DNA of 64,000 nt from Candidatus Omnitrophota bacterium. GTDB taxonomy: Bacteria; Omnitrophota; Omnitrophia; Omnitrophales; Aquincolibacteriaceae. Location: NCBI GenBank assembly GCA_030698625.1, contig JAUYMS010000024.1, forward strand, positions 482 to 64,481, in the 5' to 3' direction. Below the pieces are notes generated by a model. The model saw only the letters and a program-made list of their open reading frames with translations. It did not search any database and had not been told where the DNA came from. The translations under genes were made by a program, and so were the position numbers. This document shows, piece by piece, positions 1 through 8,698 of this stretch (its first letter is position 1; each line of letters opens with the position of its first letter).

Positions 1-3000
1 CGGCATGTTTTCTTCCCAGGAAGGTTCCTCCCCCCTCGATTTCATGTATGATAATGGCATTTTCAATCACCCGAGCTGCCCTATCCGCTCCAACCCCCAT
101 AACCTTCAACGCCGCAGCAAGGACCCCTCTAGGGTCCTGCCCGGTTAGAACCGCGTGACTTACCAGCCGATGCAGGACAACCGCGTCCCACTCCGTTTTG
201 AGCGTTAAAACAGGGCCGATCTTCCTTCGTAATTCGTCCACATCTTCTTGCAGCTGTCCGGAAATCTCATACTGTGAAACATTGCCGAAATCCTTGACGA
301 CCAGATTCTCGTCAAACCGGCTGAGGATATCTTGCACTCGAGCCTCCCGTGGGCCTTGCGGCTGCGCGGCAGACCCGATAGCCAGCGCTGTTTTGATAAC
401 GTTGTTCCTCTCCTTTTCTGAGAGGACAACGATCTTTTTGTCATCGCCGCGGAACAACTCTTCGAGCCCCTTCATCAGAATCGTGTTGTCCTCACTGGTT
501 AGCATCTCGATCCCCACTGCAAGCACCAGCAACAATGCCTTCCGGTCCTCTTCAAGGGCCCACTGAAGGCTCAAGGCTCTCCTTTTCTTCTCAATAGCCT
601 CCATAACACCTACGATAGAGACGATATTTAAATTGGCCTGCTGCCGCTTTTCGCGTGCGGCACCCGAGGTGTGCATTGCCGAAAAAACATCCTTTGCCCT
701 TTCTAACTTACCGATAATGTCATCATGCTCTGAGGAAGTAAAATTATCACGCCCGCGGAAATCAGTTCCCTCGGCCAGCCATCGCAGCGCATCTCCTTCG
801 GTATCTTCCCTAAGTTCGGATCTTTCGGTACTCTCATCGAAATCGACGGTAACGACGAGGACGTTTTTGCTGGATTTCGGTGCTTCGACGCCCAGATTGT
901 CAGCCTTTTCAACATAGGCGCGAAACTGAGGGGCCTGTGACCGTTCGGCAAAATATTGCATACGAAACATCGTAAGATTGTCGAGTAAAAACTGTTTCAC
1001 CGCAGCGAACCCTTTTTGTTCGTAGAACTCTGCCGGGGGGTCACCAAGGTAGACAACTTCATACTCGCCGGAGCTGAAGTCCTTGCGCCTTGCGAGCACA
1101 ATACTGTCGATCTTGCCCGTCCCAAGACTCTCTTTAGCAAACCGGGAGACTTTGCCCCAATCAGGTGTTATCAGGACGTCGTCATTCTCATTTTCATCCT
1201 GCCTGAGCTCGGAGCGGTTAGCACGATTTTCGATAACGCCATGCGCCTCATATAAACGGTCGTATTCCGTTCTGTTGACGGTAAAAACACCGGTTTGCAT
1301 AACTCCGGCGCTATCCCTGTAAACAATGCTCAAGCCTATGGCGCCTCCGCGTAAGCCTTCAATAGCTTCTCGGGCGATAGGCCGCTCACTACCCTCCCGA
1401 GGCAAGGTCCTGCGCATTCTGACATGCAAAGCGACCGGCGTATCCCTGGCCTTGTCTTCAACCGCCAGGGCCTTATAGTAGTCCGGTCCGTAAATTGCAA
1501 TAATGTCTTGCGGAATAGGCGGTTTTCTTACAGAGCGAGACAAGATCATTTGGAGATTGGGATGAAGGCGGCGGATCGAATGATTGATTTCTTGGATTTT
1601 GTCTTCGAGTGCCTGTGCAGTTATCTCAATGCTCAACCTTTTAAGCTCCTTCACCAAATCATGCTCGGAAACACCGTTGGTCGCCGTGCCCCGTGAGAAC
1701 CTGTAAGCCCGGGCGATTTTCCACCCGGTTTCGTCAAGAGCGAGATTCCACTTCATGCGCAACCTTATTTCACGCAAGCGCTCATTCTCATCTCGGATCG
1801 AAAGCTTCTTTCCCGTATAGCTTGCGCTATGGAGTGCCGCCACAAGATCATCATAGGAGTCGTAACTGTTGATTAATTGCTGATCGAACGCCTTTAACAG
1901 TTGCTGCTCTGCGATTCCCGCAACGTTGCCGACATAGGCCGTCTTATCCGTTAAATAGTACGGGAAATCGAGTAAGTCGTTGACACGATCAAGGGCATCA
2001 AGTATTTCAACTTCCGGATCACCGTTAAAATTTATGTAATCACTCAACTTTTCGATAATTTCGGCAACCGAGGCAACACCTCGCCCATAGGCGACATAGG
2101 TATGTCCCCAAACAATGATTAGATCTCTCGCCATGAGTTCAACACCAAACCGCTCACGTACGCGGGCAAAGGCAAGCGGCAGTATTCCGTGCCCGGATAC
2201 TGAGGCAATCGTTTCCAGGTATTGCTGAGGAGTCGAGCCGTAGTCTTCATCAAAAATCCATTCGGGTTGATCTGCCTCGATGCGTAGAAACGGCAGCAGT
2301 TTTTCATCGATAGCCTCATCAACTTCCGGAGTCGTGAGCTCGCGTCTCGACTCCTTTTGGGAAACCGTTGTCGTTTCTCTAGGTTTCGGCGCCGAGATGC
2401 TGCTCTTCGGTATTCGTGCTTTGGGAGCTGCTACGTGCGCATCGACCGGCACCTCTGCCTCAGATTGAAGCTGTCTATAGGCAGCCGCTCCGTTCAACAG
2501 AGGTTCTAAAACGTCGTCAAATGCGGGGTGCAACTTCCCGATCATCTCCCAGTCATCCGCGTAATCGTTGGCTACCAAAAAGTCCGCCAACACTCTTATT
2601 TTGTCGGCTGCACCTTCATCGTCGGCGCTCTTAAATTTCCAGCCTTCCCACTTTAATTTTGCTGCTATCTCCTGCAAAGAGGGAGTCCGGTCCTGCCCCT
2701 CACCCGGCAGCTGTTGCCAGGCATGAAAAATGGCAACGACATTAGGCTTCAGCTTCCTGGGAACGATTCGAATCGGGGCCCGCTGAAGTTGTGGAGACGC
2801 GTGCCCCATCAACGTGCTGTTAATGCGAACTACAAGCTCTTCAAAACGGCTATCGATGATACCAACCGCATCATCGTGGGCCCCCATGGCCGCAAGACCT
2901 ACCATTATTTCCGGCTTACTCGGAGGCAATTGCTCATTAGTTTGAAGAGCTTGAAAGTAAGCACTCAGGAGCAACCGGGCATGGGCATCGGCCGCTGACA

Positions 3001-6000
3001 ACAACCGCAGGGCTTCTTCTTCGGTAGCGATTGGCAAGGCCTTTGTCTGACGAATGGGATTTTCTAGATATTCATTATTAAGTGCCGCAACTCGGCGACT
3101 CATCACCGGCGGTGTAATAATTGACTCGCCTAGATCTTTGAGCTCCTTGGCTCCGATATAATCGCTCAAACCTCGCAAAAGCGCCGGAAGCGACACATCC
3201 TGCCCATCGGCAATCAGCGCTTGATGCGCCTTGACAAGGGCAAAACTCAGGGGATCGATAAGAATTTCACGAAACTGCCCCAGGGCAACTTCATCCAAGC
3301 TCAAGCTGTATATAAGCGCCACCTCTTCTCCCTCGATTTGATCGCGAATTTGCGCCATGAGCCCAAGGCTGAATTCATACCAGTTTTCTGCGTCGTTATT
3401 CTCCAAATAGCGCAGGGCGATTTTTTGAATTTCTTGTCGAATCACCTGGCGGCGTACATTTTTGTCTGCTTTGGCACGTGTTTCACGGCGCTGGGTAAGC
3501 ACCTGCTTCAGCGAACCGTCCCGCTCGAATCGGTATCCCCGGCTGAATAAGAAGGCCTGCAGATCCCGAGCACCGACACCTTCTCCCAACCATGTCGCAA
3601 GATTCTGCAGGCCGTCGCTCGGGGCAAGCTCTCCCAAATACGGCTCATAAACCAAAAGACTCCTCTGACTCAGGTAGGTAACAACCTTGCTTTGGAGATC
3701 CTGATATCTCTGCTCAATGCGGTCAGCTACCGCATGATAATCACGCACAAACTTATTCGGATTCTCTGCCTTGCGGAACATCTCCCAATAGAAATCTCGG
3801 GCGTCATGCAGCAGCAGCCTTAATGAGAGGCGCTGTTCGTTAGTCATGATGGACTGTTCGTAGCCCTGAACGTTAACTTTGGTTTCGCCTGCGGCATCAA
3901 TAAGTCGTGTCATTTCCTCTTTGGGAAAATCCGAAGGCTCCAGACCGTTCTTCGTTGCCCACACTAAGATGTCAGCCTGCCAGTCCAAATCTCGGAGAAA
4001 ACGGACTAGGGATCGTGTTACCGGTGACCGCCACCCCTGAAGGGCTTCACGCGCTGTGGTTTCGTCAATGTGAACGCCGATGCTGATGCGAGTTGCTAGA
4101 GTCGCAGCATCACCTTCCCGGGCATAATTTGGGTCGGCGGCAATAATGGTAAGCAGGCCGGCTTGTTCAAGCGTGATCTTCTCTGACCGGGCCAATTCAG
4201 AAATGACGTGGAATGCGGGCTCAGTTTTGTCCAGATGAGTTGCGATTCGAGTTTCAATAGCCGCATGAAAATCCGCGTCGGCGTCGGGGAGATCCACGAC
4301 ATGAAGTGAATCAATCTGCCCCCTAATTCTCCCGATCAACGGGCGATCCAAATAATCGTCAATGCGGTCTTTCAAATGCAGCTTGCGTGCTTCCTCACTC
4401 ACAGATCTATGTGTTTTGTGATATTGCTCTTGAAGCTGCTGCAGGCGCTCACGGGCCGCCGCGAGAAAGTCACGGACAATACCGGTCTTCGTCTGCTCGT
4501 CCGCAGACTCGGCAATAGGCGCCATGATTCCGTCGTTCCCATAGTGCGCGCGGGCATAGGCGATGATCGCATCTCCCAGTCGCCTGATCACAGAATCTGT
4601 ATTTGCACGGTTGCCCAAGCCCTGAAGGCCGGTAAGAAAAGGCTTCACTCTGTCGTCCAATCCGCGCTCTCGAACATTGTGGGGAATATCGATATCCATA
4701 ACACCCTGCGCCACAGCGATCTTAAAGGGCCGACTTCGAAAATAGGGCTCTTGTTCAAAGAAATACCTTAACTGATATAAAAACTCGATAAAGGGATCAG
4801 GATTTTTGATGATGGCTTCAAGAGCTCTCTCCGGAAGATCTCGCCCCCAGAAAAGGTGATCGTAAGCACTCCAGAGCGGTTCACTGCGCTTAATCAAATC
4901 ATAGGCCAGAAGTATCTGCCTTTGCGTTTCAGGAGCATAGTGCTCGGCCGTTTTGGATGCGAGGCCTTGGTCCAGCATAACATCGGTGAACGTGTCACGA
5001 ACCGGCACGGAGAGTCGATTCCAGATCACCACATAAAAAAGCCGCCAAACGTCATTGGCGCGCGCCCGTGACTCGCGCAGGTAATCAAGGACTTCATCAA
5101 CCGTCTTCCCGTCGCTCTCCGCAACCATCGACACGCTTGCACTCATAGAATCATCCGTTTCAAAGGAGAGCTCCTCCTGAACACCGTATGTAATCAGATC
5201 TTCGGCGGCAATCTTTGCGGCGAGCTTTTTAACGTTTCGGTAGTCCTGTTCGGCCAACGTCATGATGCCTTCGACGGGAAGATTGTCCAAGAGCTCAAAT
5301 GGCTGGGTATCGCTCTGCAACACTTCTGTGTTAATCCGCGCCAACAAATCCTCCACCTCCGCTTCTTGCCATTCCCTGTCCTCCTCACCCCTTCCCCAAT
5401 TGAGAGCTATCGTCAACTCCTCTTTAGACGGCTCCGCGGCATTTCGTCTTTCGTCTCGAGCACGGAGGCGACGGGGATCCAACTCATCGAACTCGGCCTC
5501 AGATCTTTCCCGATAATTCTCCTTGTAGGCCCGAATGGCATGGTAATGAAGCAGGACAGTATGTCCGCCGTCCATGATGGCCGGATCATAGGCATTGGGA
5601 GGATTCACGGGAATGGTAATGACATCCAAGTCGATCACGGCACCCGGAATCTCGACGGCCGCAGCCAACCTTTCCATCTTTTCACTAAGCGGTGCCCGCA
5701 CCTCAAAATCTACGCGCCCCTCTTTGGCATCAGATATAATCTCAAACTGATCCGCAAATGGCTCAATCGCTTTCAACACGCGGTCATCTTCAATAAACCC
5801 CACGGTCGGAATCTTGGCTATTCGCGTCGCCAAGTCCAAAACATCTTTAATACGGTCACTCTCAACCGCGAGAGCTTTCAGAGCCTGACTGACGGCTTTG
5901 GCATCAACGCCCTGCTTCAGGAGGTCATAACCCATGACAACAGCAAGCAGGATCGCTTGCTCGACAGCCGCTTCGGGAAGCGTGTGGTCTTCAACACCTT

Positions 6001-8608
6001 GAAGCTTCCTGATATCCGCCATAAGCCGCACGGCCAGATTCTTGTTCTGCGTCGCCAGAGATTTCTCAGTTGGGCCCGATTTTGCTGACAAAACCGCATC
6101 TGAATATTTTACAGCTTGCTGAAAATCAGCCAGCGCATCATCGTACCTTCCTTCGGCCATTAATACCTTCCCTTGTTCCCCGTGAAGGGCTGCTAGCTCT
6201 AACGAATCATCTTCAGTTCGCAATTCTGAACGCTGGCTGCCAGGCGATTGCCGGCGCCGAATATAGATCACGACGAGCGTGGGCAGCTTCTTATCCTTTT
6301 TCTTGACGGCGTGTTGTTCAACGGAAAGTTTGAATCGGAATTTTTCGGCGTTCGACACTTGAACTTTCTTCCGTCGTGCCCTAGCGGAGTCTGCCGCTGC
6401 AGACGGAGCACTCAGGTAGGTATCATGCAAGTTTTGGAGGTGCTGCTTCAAGTAGCGCGAAGGCGAGCTGTGGAAGCTCCTCGCCTCGTTGGCAATGTGT
6501 GTGATTTGATCTGAGAATTTCCCGGGCCGATACTCAGATTGTTGCAACATGACCACTTGATCGATTCGACCATTCAACAAGAGGTCACGAGCCTGCTCTT
6601 CGACATCAGCCCAGCTCTCAAGGTCCCATGGCCCCACATCACCTTCGTCCTCATCGGCGGCCCTCAACTCCGATCTGACGGGGCTGGCCTCTCTAAAAAA
6701 TGCCTCGGAGAACAGTCTCGGTCCAGACGCAGTAAAACCGACATAGAATTCACCGCTTCTGACCGCCTGTTGATTGAGCCAGATAATCCAGAGAGGCTGA
6801 CCCTCATGCTCATAGGCCTGATATTTCAGCTGTGCGTGACGCCGATAGGCGTCGTTTCGATTAACTTGGTTTACGCGAGCCGCGAGATTAGCCGGATCTT
6901 GCACAAGACGACGGCTCACGGCACTATTGATTCCAAGAGCGCCATGGTGTGCCTCGCGTTCACCGATAAGGGGTTGTGTCACACTCCCGAGCGGCTGAAC
7001 GCGGGAAAAAAAACGGATATAGGATTTCAACGTATGGCGGTCGCGCGTGAGCGTCATCGCGTCATGGTAATGGTCACTTTCTTCCCGCTGCGGAAGATGC
7101 GGCGTAATACCTACGTAGGAGACATCCTGTGCCTTGAATATGTCCGTAAGACCTTCGGAATGAAATCCGCCGGCCACGAGCACCGCTGCCCCGCTTCCGC
7201 TTGTCTTCATCGCCGACAGGGCATGATCAAACATGGCACGCTCGCGCTTTTTGGCGTCACGATAAAAGGCAAGGGCTTCGTCAAACAGATCCTCCAAAGA
7301 CGATACCGGCACCTGTCCCTCTAACCGTGACTCCATGGCTTTTGGTTTAAGCCCGTCAAGCCTGTCGAGCAGTTCCCGGTAATTAGCAGGAATCAGTTCC
7401 AATCGAAAAAGCTGTTGAAGCAGAAGAAAATCCCGATAGAGGCGGACCAGCTCCGTTTCTTCAGGTTTCACAGCCAGCGCTTCTAGAATCTCATTTCTAA
7501 CGCGAGTTAATTCTTCCATTAATTCCCCCGCATTAAGTTCGCTGCGCAGAATGACGGCACCCGCCATTTTGCTGAAATGGGGATAGTCTTGAAACGAGAA
7601 TCCCTGCCCGGATGTCTCATCATAGAAACGATGAAGGAAATCACGGGGGGTCTCTTCATTCTGCGTGCGCACGGGACTGACCGCAGCAGGTTCAAACTGC
7701 TTCATGCCCGAGGCGAATGAGTCTAGACCATGAATACGGATCCAAGCGGAGATCTCGGCAATTTCTTCCCGGACCCCCTCCGCATTCAAGGCTTCCTCTG
7801 CCTTACGGGCAAGAAACAGCCGAACCAGCTGCGGCCATTGTTGCTGCAAACGTGCATCGGTGAAATCAATCTCCAGTTCTCTCGCTGCATAGACGCGTAT
7901 GACATCAAGGTGACGCATCAATTCACCTGAGACGTCCTCATAAAATACCCATTTCTTGAAAAAGTCGCTCAGCTTCTTATTAAAAACTCGAGAACCGCGG
8001 GTGAGAATCTGTGCTTTTGTCCGGGCCAAAACTGTTTCTGCTGTCGCCGATCGCTCAAGGACGCTTCGAAAAGCACGCAAATTGCGGCGATACAAGCTCG
8101 GGTCTTCCACGCCGAATGCCTGAACCGGATCGTCATCATCGGCCAGCATTTCCTCCAGCATGAAGAGCTCGACACCCCCGATCAATCCGTCACGCGCCAT
8201 ACTTTCGGCGGCATCACGATTCCACTGGGGATCGTCGAAGAATTTGAGAAGTCTCGGGTCCTGTTTACCGAGCCCCCCCTCGACCAAGAGAGTGTTCAAA
8301 CCGTATTCCTTCTTGAGATGAGACAGTATATTCTGGATATTCACCTGGGCCTGATACTGAGAATGGGCATCTTCGATGTAGACGATTAGAGGGGCATTCG
8401 GATTGGCACTATGATATCTCTCTTTGACGGTTCCGATCGAATCAGGGATGGTGATCTTGTCGATGACCGAAACTGTGGGCATTTCTTTTGTGATGGCCGT
8501 CGCTACAACCACACCGGGCGCAGCCCAGGCCACGCTCGTAACGGTGAAGCACAGGTTCACCGCCACGGCAATAACCCGAAGAAATGGTTTTATCCTTTTG
8601 CTTTTCAT
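1..8608 (-). CDS. Giant ORF A, partial (3' end beyond window start). ATG at 8608-8606; at least 2869 codons with no stop in minus-strand frame 1. Has a Sec-type signal peptide (MKSKRIKPFLRVIAVAVNLCFTVTSVAWA/AP) and an N-terminal domain paralogous to gene B ('LIVYIEDAHSQYQAQ', 'VLVAGGFHSEGL'). Downstream modules are separated by 'RSELR' motifs followed by an acidic stretch. Not in the supplied ORF track because no stop codon falls inside the window.
   Basis: I reverse-complemented and translated the region manually, 60 nt at a time, and found no stop from 8608 down to position 1. Every minus-strand ORF listed in the track for 1..8600 is in frame 0 or 2, none in frame 1. The N-terminus aligns to gene B: IPDSIGTVKERY..PLIVYIEDAH..LLVEGG versus LPEDLGYIEERY..PTVIFIQDAH..VALEG, and AAVLVAGGFHSEGLTDIFKAQDVSYVGITP versus KTVVVITGGFHREALAESFRAEGISFAVVTP. 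Confidence 0.8.
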   Translation of the reverse strand, partial: MKSKRIKPFLRVIAVAVNLCFTVTSVAWAAPGVVVATAITKEMPTVSVIDKITIPDSIGTVKERYHSANPNAPLIVYIEDAHSQYQAQVNIQNILSHLKKEYGLNTLLVEGGLGKQDPRLLKFFDDPQWNRDAAESMARDGLIGGVELFMLEEMLADDDDPVQAFGVEDPSLYRRNLRAFRSVLERSATAETVLARTKAQILTRGSRVFNKKLSDFFKKWVFYEDVSGELMRHLDVIRVYAARELEIDFTDARLQQQWPQLVRLFLARKAEEALNAEGVREEIAEISAWIRIHGLDSFASGMKQFEPAAVSPVRTQNEETPRDFLHRFYDETSGQGFSFQDYPHFSKMAGAVILRSELNAGELMEELTRVRNEILEALAVKPEETELVRLYRDFLLLQQLFRLELIPANYRELLDRLDGLKPKAMESRLEGQVPVSSLEDLFDEALAFYRDAKKRERAMFDHALSAMKTSGSGAAVLVAGGFHSEGLTDIFKAQDVSYVGITPHLPQREESDHYHDAMTLTRDRHTLKSYIRFFSRVQPLGSVTQPLIGEREAHHGALGINSAVSRRLVQDPANLAARVNQVNRNDAYRRHAQLKYQAYEHEGQPLWIIWLNQQAVRSGEFYVGFTASGPRLFSEAFFREASPVRSELRAADEDEGDVGPWDLESWADVEEQARDLLLNGRIDQVVMLQQSEYRPGKFSDQITHIANEARSFHSSPSRYLKQHLQNLHDTYLSAPSAAADSARARRKKVQVSNAEKFRFKLSVEQHAVKKKDKKLPTLVVIYIRRRQSPGSQRSELRTEDDSLELAALHGEQGKVLMAEGRYDDALADFQQAVKYSDAVLSAKSGPTEKSLATQNKNLAVRLMADIRKLQGVEDHTLPEAAVEQAILLAVVMGYDLLKQGVDAKAVSQALKALAVESDRIKDVLDLATRIAKIPTVGFIEDDRVLKAIEPFADQFEIISDAKEGRVDFEVRAPLSEKMERLAAAVEIPGAVIDLDVITIPVNPPNAYDPAIMDGGHTVLLHYHAIRAYKENYRERSEAEFDELDPRRLRARDERRNAAEPSKEELTIALNWGRGEEDREWQEAEVEDLLARINTEVLQSDTQPFELLDNLPVEGIMTLAEQDYRNVKKLAAKIAAEDLITYGVQEELSFETDDSMSASVSMVAESDGKTVDEVLDYLRESRARANDVWRLFYVVIWNRLSVPVRDTFTDVMLDQGLASKTAEHYAPETQRQILLAYDLIKRSEPLWSAYDHLFWGRDLPERALEAIIKNPDPFIEFLYQLRYFFEQEPYFRSRPFKIAVAQGVMDIDIPHNVRERGLDDRVKPFLTGLQGLGNRANTDSVIRRLGDAIIAYARAHYGNDGIMAPIAESADEQTKTGIVRDFLAAARERLQQLQEQYHKTHRSVSEEARKLHLKDRIDDYLDRPLIGRIRGQIDSLHVVDLPDADADFHAAIETRIATHLDKTEPAFHVISELARSEKITLEQAGLLTIIAADPNYAREGDAATLATRISIGVHIDETTAREALQGWRSPVTRSLVRFLRDLDWQADILVWATKNGLEPSDFPKEEMTRLIDAAGETKVNVQGYEQSIMTNEQRLSLRLLLHDARDFYWEMFRKAENPNKFVRDYHAVADRIEQRYQDLQSKVVTYLSQRSLLVYEPYLGELAPSDGLQNLATWLGEGVGARDLQAFLFSRGYRFERDGSLKQVLTQRRETRAKADKNVRRQVIRQEIQKIALRYLENNDAENWYEFSLGLMAQIRDQIEGEEVALIYSLSLDEVALGQFREILIDPLSFALVKAHQALIADGQDVSLPALLRGLSDYIGAKELKDLGESIITPPVMSRRVAALNNEYLENPIRQTKALPIATEEEALRLLSAADAHARLLLSAYFQALQTNEQLPPSKPEIMVGLAAMGAHDDAVGIIDSRFEELVVRINSTLMGHASPQLQRAPIRIVPRKLKPNVVAIFHAWQQLPGEGQDRTPSLQEIAAKLKWEGWKFKSADDEGAADKIRVLADFLVANDYADDWEMIGKLHPAFDDVLEPLLNGAAAYRQLQSEAEVPVDAHVAAPKARIPKSSISAPKPRETTTVSQKESRRELTTPEVDEAIDEKLLPFLRIEADQPEWIFDEDYGSTPQQYLETIASVSGHGILPLAFARVRERFGVELMARDLIIVWGHTYVAYGRGVASVAEIIEKLSDYINFNGDPEVEILDALDRVNDLLDFPYYLTDKTAYVGNVAGIAEQQLLKAFDQQLINSYDSYDDLVAALHSASYTGKKLSIRDENERLREIRLRMKWNLALDETGWKIARAYRFSRGTATNGVSEHDLVKELKRLSIEITAQALEDKIQEINHSIRRLHPNLQMILSRSVRKPPIPQDIIAIYGPDYYKALAVEDKARDTPVALHVRMRRTLPREGSERPIAREAIEGLRGGAIGLSIVYRDSAGVMQTGVFTVNRTEYDRLYEAHGVIENRANRSELRQDENENDDVLITPDWGKVSRFAKESLGTGKIDSIVLARRKDFSSGEYEVVYLGDPPAEFYEQKGFAAVKQFLLDNLTMFRMQYFAERSQAPQFRAYVEKADNLGVEAPKSSKNVLVVTVDFDESTERSELREDTEGDALRWLAEGTDFRGRDNFTSSEHDDIIGKLERAKDVFSAMHTSGAAREKRQQANLNIVSIVGVMEAIEKKRRALSLQWALEEDRKALLLVLAVGIEMLTSEDNTILMKGLEELFRGDDKKIVVLSEKERNNVIKTALAIGSAAQPQGPREARVQDILSRFDENLVVKDFGNVSQYEISGQLQEDVDELRRKIGPVLTLKTEWDAVVLHRLVSHAVLTGQDPRGVLAAALKVMGVGADRAARVIENAIIIHEIEGGGTFLGRKHA

Positions 8609-8671
8609 AAATAGTGAATCGGGGGGACGCGGCCGGTGCCACCAGATCCGAGTGACCTGGTATGTCGGGAT

Positions 8672-8688
8672 AGGAACATCCTGTTCCT
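8672..8688 (-). other. Stem-loop AGGAACA-tcc-TGTTCCT (7-bp stem, 3-nt loop) in the 90-nt spacer between gene B's stop and gene A's start. No U-tract follows it on the transcript strand, so it is not a canonical intrinsic terminator.
   Basis: A perfect inverted repeat read directly from the sequence, 11-27 nt downstream of B's TAA on the minus strand. Confidence 0.45.
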
Positions 8689-8698
8689 GTCCGTGGCG

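Noticed and set aside
198-7324. Track ORFs in 1..8600 (for example 198..566+, 5366..6088+ 240 aa, 6539..7324+ 261 aa, 4376..4771+)
   Set aside because: All are Ser/Arg/Leu-rich, low-complexity translations typical of antisense or off-frame reading of a real gene. They overlap the continuous minus-strand frame-1 ORF (gene A), which has coherent protein features.
1-8608. Hypothesis that the lack of long ORFs in 1..8600 reflects an alternative genetic code or a non-coding region
   Set aside because: The standard code gives a stop-free frame encoding a protein paralogous to gene B. The absence from the track comes from the missing in-window stop codon.
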